Shown here: in pieces, positions 19,452 through 24,000 of the stretch
Numbering within the stretch: position 1 is the stretch's first letter
How the letters are laid out: each line of letters starts with the position of its first letter
Assembly (NCBI GenBank): GCA_963777095.1
Contig: CAVZOY010000004.1
Coordinates: 209,876-233,875, forward strand
Direction: 5' to 3'
DNA from: an uncultured Actinomycetota bacterium
Lineage (GTDB): Bacteria > Actinomycetota > Actinomycetes > Mycobacteriales > Geodermatophilaceae
Length of the DNA: 24,000 bases
Program-made: the position numbers and the translations under genes
The notes under the pieces: model-generated
What the model was told of the DNA's origin: nothing
Seen by the model: only the letters and a program-made list of their open reading frames with translations
Databases searched by the model: none

Positions 19452-21656
19452 TCAGCGCTCGTCCGTCAGCCCGCGCAGCAGGTACGCCGGCACCGGCTCG
19501 CGCTTGCCCTTGACCAGCACCGGCCCGCGGGCGTCGGTCAGGGCCCGACGGCCGAGCTCCTCGACGGTCCGCTGCCCGACGACGACCTGTCCCGGCTCGG
19601 CCAGGCTCTGCAACCGGGCGGCCAGGTTCGTGGTGTCGCCGATCGCGGTGAAGTTCCGCATCTGCTCCGCGCCGATGTTGCCCACCAGCGCCGGGCCGGT
19701 GTTGATGCCGACGCCGAAGCGCGGCCAGTCGGCGCGGCCGGCGGTCACCTCGGCGACCGCCTCCTGGAGCCCCAGCCCGGCGCGGGCCGCCCGCAGCGCG
19801 TGGTCGGGCTGCCGCGTCGGAGCGCCGAACAGCGCCATCACCTCGTCGCCCACGAACTGCACGACCGTTCCGCCGGCCTCGAGGATCACCGGCACGACGA
19901 CGCCGTAGAAGGTGTTGAGCATCGCCACGACCTCGTCCGGCGGGTGCTGCTCGGAGAAGGAGGTGAAGCCGCGCAGGTCGGCCATCAGCACGGTGACCTC
20001 GGCGATCTCGCCGCCCAGCCCGGCCTGGTCGGGGTCGGCGATCAGCGACGTGGCCACGGCAGGGGACATGTACGAACGGAACAGCCCGTCGAGCTGGTGG
20101 TAGAGCCGGGCGTTCTCCAGCGCGATCGCCGCCTGACCCGCGAAGGACGTCAGCAGCGCGCGGTCCGCGTCCGGAAAGGCCCCGCGCGACCGCCGGGCGC
20201 GCAGCACGCCCGCCGCCCGGTCCTTGACGACCAGTGGGAACGCCAGGTCGGTTCCGTCGGGCGAGGCGACGGTCTCCAGCCGGGCGACCGCCTCGGCCGA
20301 GCGACGGCGCTCCTCCGCGGACGCCGGGCGGGCGTCGTCCAGCGGCGTCAGCTCGCCGGACCGCACCAACTCCAGCCGGACGTCATCGGAGGCGAACGCG
20401 CGGCGGGTGTGCGCCTGCACCCGGCCGAGCAGGTCGTCCTCCTCGCGGATGACCCGCGCCTCCTGGCCCACGTCGACCAGCGCGCCCAGTCGGCGGGCCT
20501 GCTCGCGCTCGTACCGCAGGGCCTCGGCGCTGCGCTCCAGCACGGCCAGCTGCTCCTCGGTGACGTCGAACCGTTCGGCCAGCGCGGCCATGACAGGTCC
20601 CAAGGGCCGGTCCCGGGCGTCGTCGTCGTCCTCGCGCTCGTGCAGCGCTTCGACCATCGTCTCGAGCGCCGCGCTGTAGTCACGGCGCAGGTCGGCGACG
20701 GTCCGGTCGAGCGCAACCGCATCGAAGATGCCGCCCCCGGAGCCCTCCCGGCGGAACTGCACCCAGGCGCTGTAGGCGATGAAGCCGAACGCCAGCGTCA
20801 TGAGCAGGTGCCACTCCCACCAGGACAGCTGCCAGTTGCGGCCGAACACGATCGCCACCGAGGCCTCTGCCAGCAGCGCGAAGGCGGTGAGCACCGACAG
20901 GAGCACGACCCGCGGTCGGCGGCGGTAGACGCGCAGGTAGAGCCCGGCGGCCAGCAGGTAGAGCAGCGGGGTGACGATGCCGAACAGCACCTGGGTCGCC
21001 GGCGCGTCCGGTTGCTCGACGAGCTCCTGCACGCCCGGGAACGACGTCGCCGAGAGCGCGGCGAAGAGGAGGACGAACACCCACGGGAGGGCGGTGAGCT
21101 CCCGGCGCCGGCGCATCAGCCGGGCCGCACCGGTGGGGGAGAACTCGCGAGCCGAGAGGACCGCGACGACGCCGCCCAGCAGCAGGCCGATCGGCGTCGC
21201 CGCCGCGAACGCCGGGGTCGGCGTCTCGAGCAGAACCCCCGGCGTCGCCAGTGCGTGCAGGCCGAGGAACGCTGCGGTGACCTGGAAGACCACGGACACG
21301 AGGAACAGCCGGGCGTCGTCGCGGCGCCGGGCGGCCGCGCCGACCAGCAGCCCGAGGACGACGGCGACGGCCGCCGTTCCGGCGACCAGGCCGAAGTGTG
21401 CCGGCCGGTGCTCCCAGTGCAGGTCCGTGGTCGGCCGGGCGATGAACAGCCACAGGCCCAGCAGCGGCAGGGCCAGGTGCAGCAGCCACACCGCGACCCG
21501 GGCTCCGCCGTTGGAGCGGATCCGGGGCTCTCGGGCGTCCCGAGGGCGGGGCGCGCCGGCGGCATCGCTCGGCGCGCGGTCGGCGCCCGCGGGGATCCGG
21601 GGAGCGGGCACCGCGGTGTCCACCGCGACGCCGTGCATCCGGGATGCGTCGTCCAC
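19452..21656 (-). CDS. Membrane-anchored GAF-domain class III adenylate/guanylate cyclase
   Basis: N-terminal hydrophobic multi-TM region, GAF-like region (LLTSFAGQAAIALENARLY), C-terminal CHD: EVTVLMADLRGFTSFSEQHPPDEVVAMLNTFYGVVVPVILEAGGTVVQFVGDEVMALFGAP...NFTAIGDTTNLAARLQ. Confidence 0.93.
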   Translation of the reverse strand: MDDASRMHGVAVDTAVPAPRIPAGADRAPSDAAGAPRPRDAREPRIRSNGGARVAVWLLHLALPLLGLWLFIARPTTDLHWEHRPAHFGLVAGTAAVAVVLGLLVGAAARRRDDARLFLVSVVFQVTAAFLGLHALATPGVLLETPTPAFAAATPIGLLLGGVVAVLSAREFSPTGAARLMRRRRELTALPWVFVLLFAALSATSFPGVQELVEQPDAPATQVLFGIVTPLLYLLAAGLYLRVYRRRPRVVLLSVLTAFALLAEASVAIVFGRNWQLSWWEWHLLMTLAFGFIAYSAWVQFRREGSGGGIFDAVALDRTVADLRRDYSAALETMVEALHEREDDDDARDRPLGPVMAALAERFDVTEEQLAVLERSAEALRYEREQARRLGALVDVGQEARVIREEDDLLGRVQAHTRRAFASDDVRLELVRSGELTPLDDARPASAEERRRSAEAVARLETVASPDGTDLAFPLVVKDRAAGVLRARRSRGAFPDADRALLTSFAGQAAIALENARLYHQLDGLFRSYMSPAVATSLIADPDQAGLGGEIAEVTVLMADLRGFTSFSEQHPPDEVVAMLNTFYGVVVPVILEAGGTVVQFVGDEVMALFGAPTRQPDHALRAARAGLGLQEAVAEVTAGRADWPRFGVGINTGPALVGNIGAEQMRNFTAIGDTTNLAARLQSLAEPGQVVVGQRTVEELGRRALTDARGPVLVKGKREPVPAYLLRGLTDER

Positions 21657-21857
21657 CGGCCCCCTCCTCCCCCTGCCGGACCGTACTCAGCGGCCATGCG
21701 GCCGAACACCGCTTTCGCGGCGATCGAGGGCCGCGAAGAGGCTTCCGTCGCTCCCGGGCTGAGCCACACTCCCAACAGACGTCCAGCCGGAGCACAGCCG
21801 CGCCCCGGCTGCGCACCGGACGCTCGTCGGACATCGCCCCCGACGTCCGGAGTTCCC

Positions 21858-22793
21858 ATGCGCGACGACCGCCCGCCCACCCCCGCCTTCGAGGGGCGTC
21901 CGCTGCCGCGTCCCGACGAGGAACTCGTCGACCAGGGCCTCGCCTTCGACGTCGGCACGCTGCTGAGCCGTCGTACGGTGCTGCGGTTCCTCGGGATCGG
22001 GGCGGCCACCGCCGGCCTCGCCGCATGCGGGGCTACGAGCTCGTCGTCGTCCTCGACGGCGGCGTCGTCGTCGGGCGGCGCCGCGACGGCCGCGGGTGAG
22101 ATCCCGGACGAGACCGCCGGCCCGTACCCGGGCGACGGCTCCAACGGCCCCGACGTGCTGGAGCAGAGCGGGATCGTGCGCTCGGACATCCGCTCCAGCT
22201 TCGGCGACTCCAGCGGCACCGCCGAGGGTGTGACGATGACACTGGAGCTGACCGTGCGGGATCTGGCCAACGGCGGGGTGCCGTTCGAGGGCGTCGCGGT
22301 CTACGTCTGGCATTGCGACAGCCAGGGGCGGTACTCGATGTACTCCGACGGCGTCACCGACCAGAACTTCCTGCGCGGGGTCCAGGTGGCCGATGCCTCC
22401 GGAAAGGTGCGCTTCACCAGCGTCGTCCCGGGCTGCTACGACGGCCGGTGGCCGCACATCCATTTCGAGGTCTACCCGAACCAGAGCAGCATTCGCGACT
22501 CGACCAGCGCGATCGCGACGTCCCAGGTCGCCCTGCCGCAGGACGTCTGCGAGCAGGTCTACGCGCGGTCCGGGTACGACGGATCGACGAGCAACCTCTC
22601 CCGCGTGAGCCTGACCGGCGACAACGTCTTCGGCGACGACGGCGCGGCCAGTCAGCTCGCCACGGTCAGCGGCGACGTCAGCAGCGGCTTCACCGTCGCG
22701 CTGCCGGTGGCCGTGGACACCACGACGACGCCGACGGGCGGTTCGATGGGCGGCGGCCCGGGCGGCGGGCCGGGTGGCCCGCCCGGCTCCTGA
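21858..22793 (+). CDS. Intradiol-dioxygenase-like protein with twin-arginine/lipoprotein signal
   Basis: MRDDRPPTPAFEG...LSRRTVLRFLGIGAATAGLAACGATSSSSSS...AGEIPDETAGPYPGDGSNGPDVLEQSGIVRSDIRSSF...GVAVYVWHCDSQGRYSMYSDG...FLRGVQVADASGKVRFTSVVPGCYDGRWPHIHFEVYPN. Confidence 0.9.
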   Translation: MRDDRPPTPAFEGRPLPRPDEELVDQGLAFDVGTLLSRRTVLRFLGIGAATAGLAACGATSSSSSSTAASSSGGAATAAGEIPDETAGPYPGDGSNGPDVLEQSGIVRSDIRSSFGDSSGTAEGVTMTLELTVRDLANGGVPFEGVAVYVWHCDSQGRYSMYSDGVTDQNFLRGVQVADASGKVRFTSVVPGCYDGRWPHIHFEVYPNQSSIRDSTSAIATSQVALPQDVCEQVYARSGYDGSTSNLSRVSLTGDNVFGDDGAASQLATVSGDVSSGFTVALPVAVDTTTTPTGGSMGGGPGGGPGGPPGS

Positions 22794-22898
22794 CGGATCA
22801 CGCACTCCCGGGTGTCGGGGCGGCGCGGTAGTTTTTCCCGACGTCCGAACGCGCGGTCGACCCTGGCGGGGGTGAACGAACCTGGCAGCCGAACCCGG

Positions 22899-24000
22899 TG
22901 AGCACGCCGGCGAACTCGATGCCCTCGAGCAGGCCATCGCGGCGCTGGACGGCCAGCGGGCGATCCTGGGCGACCAGGTGGTCGACACCGCGCTGCAGCC
23001 GCTGGTCGACAAGCGTGACCGGCTGCTCGCCCAGTCCGTCGGCGAGCAGCGCAAGGTCGTCACGGTCCTCTTCGCCGACATGGTCGACTCGACCCCGCTG
23101 GCGCGGCGCCTCGACCCCGAGGACCTCCAGCAGGTCATGAGCCGCTACTTCAGTGCGCTGCGTACGGCGGTCCAGGCCGAGGGCGGCGTGGTGGAGAAGT
23201 TCATCGGCGACGCCGTCATGGCCGTCTTCGGTCTCTACCGGTCGCGGGAGGACGACGCCGTCCGGGCGGTGCGCTCGGGCCTCGCGATGCTCGACGCCGT
23301 CGAGAAGCTCAGCGTCGAGGTGGAGGCCACCCACGGGCTGCGGGTGCGCATGCGCGTCGGCATCGACACCGGCGAGGTCCTGGTCACCGGCATGGCCGGG
23401 CAGACCGCGGGCGAATTCATGGTCGTGGGCGACACGGTCAACCGCTCGGCGCGGCTGCAGGCTGCCGCGCAGGCCGGCACGGTGCTGGTGTCCACCGAGA
23501 CCGTCAACCAGGTGCGCGGATCCTTCGGCCTGCGCCGGGTGCCGGGCCTGAAGCTCAAGGGCATCGACGGCACCGTCGACGCGTACGCCGTCGTGGCCGC
23601 CGACGAGCGCCCGGAGTTCTGGCCGGAGGCGCGCGGCATCGAGGGCCTGGTCACCCGCACCGTCGGCCGCGAGTCCGAGCTGGCCCAGCTCCAGCAGGTC
23701 TACGACGAGGTCGTGACCTCGCGCAGTCGCCGGATCGTCACCGTCGTCGGCGAGGCGGGCGTGGGCAAGTCGCGGCTCGTCCACGACATCGAGACCTGGC
23801 TGGCGGCGCTGCCGACGGAGGTGTGGGTGCTGCGCGGGCGCGCGTCGCCTGCGACACAGGACGTCGCCAACGGCCTGCTGCGCAGCGTCTTCGCCGAACG
23901 GCTCCGCATCCGGGGCACCGACGACCCCGGCCGGGTGCGGCGACGCTGGGCCGGCGGCTGGTACGAGTTGCTGGGCGAGCCCAGCACCGGCGGACGGGCC
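22899..24000 (+). CDS. Class III nucleotide cyclase domain + AAA/STAND ATPase regulator, incomplete at the window end; apparent frameshift near 22911
   Basis: LDALEQAIAALDGQRAILGDQVVDTALQPLVDKRDRLLAQSVGEQRKVVTVLFADMVDSTPLARRLDPEDLQQVMSRYFSALRTAVQAEGGVVEKFIGDAVMAVFG...GRESELAQLQQVYDEVVTSRSRRIVTVVGEAGVGKSRLVHDIETW; frame 1 runs off the window. Confidence 0.88.

Noticed and set aside
19800-22793. 997-aa ORF on the plus strand
   Set aside because: Upstream of 21858 it is antisense to the cyclase with biased low-complexity composition; only the 3' part is the dioxygenase-like gene.
22798-23784. 328-aa minus-strand ORF antisense to the terminal cyclase
   Set aside because: Shadow ORF; the plus strand encodes clear cyclase and ATPase motifs.

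Overview
High-GC actinobacterial chromosomal window with no CRISPR array, phage, or transposase signature. Gene order: 5' part of katG and a Fur-family regulator (-); YdcF-like protein; small hypothetical; dnaG; hypothetical (+); YtxH-like protein (-); tRNA-Asn(GUU); two hypotheticals (-); DGPF/YCII-like protein plus ECF42-type sigma factor (+); small membrane protein; a USP remnant fused back-to-back to an AEC-permease remnant; acyl-CoA thioesterase (+); an overlapping SorC-type regulator / APH-fold kinase pair (-) divergent from mannitol-type PTS IICB, PTS IIA and a zinc MDR dehydrogenase (+); alpha/beta hydrolase (-); SARP/AfsR-like regulator (+); PQ-loop/SemiSWEET-like protein (-); proteasome-superfamily Ntn-hydrolase (+); membrane/GAF class III cyclase (-); Tat/lipoprotein intradiol-dioxygenase-like protein (+); and the start of a cyclase/AAA-ATPase regulator (+). 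Bases ~1.5-5.0 kb carry a dense cluster of apparent single-base frameshifts, including in essential dnaG, most simply explained by sequencing or assembly error. The points most worth a second look are: the stand-alone proteasome-like hydrolase with T1/D17/K33 in canonical register and no propeptide; the SorC/APH/PTS/MDR locus with a perfect inverted repeat in its divergent promoter region; a near-ideal ECF42-type promoter upstream of the DGPF gene; the USP/AEC deletion scar; and a 13-bp palindrome upstream of furA. No obviously new multi-gene system can be proven from sequence alone.
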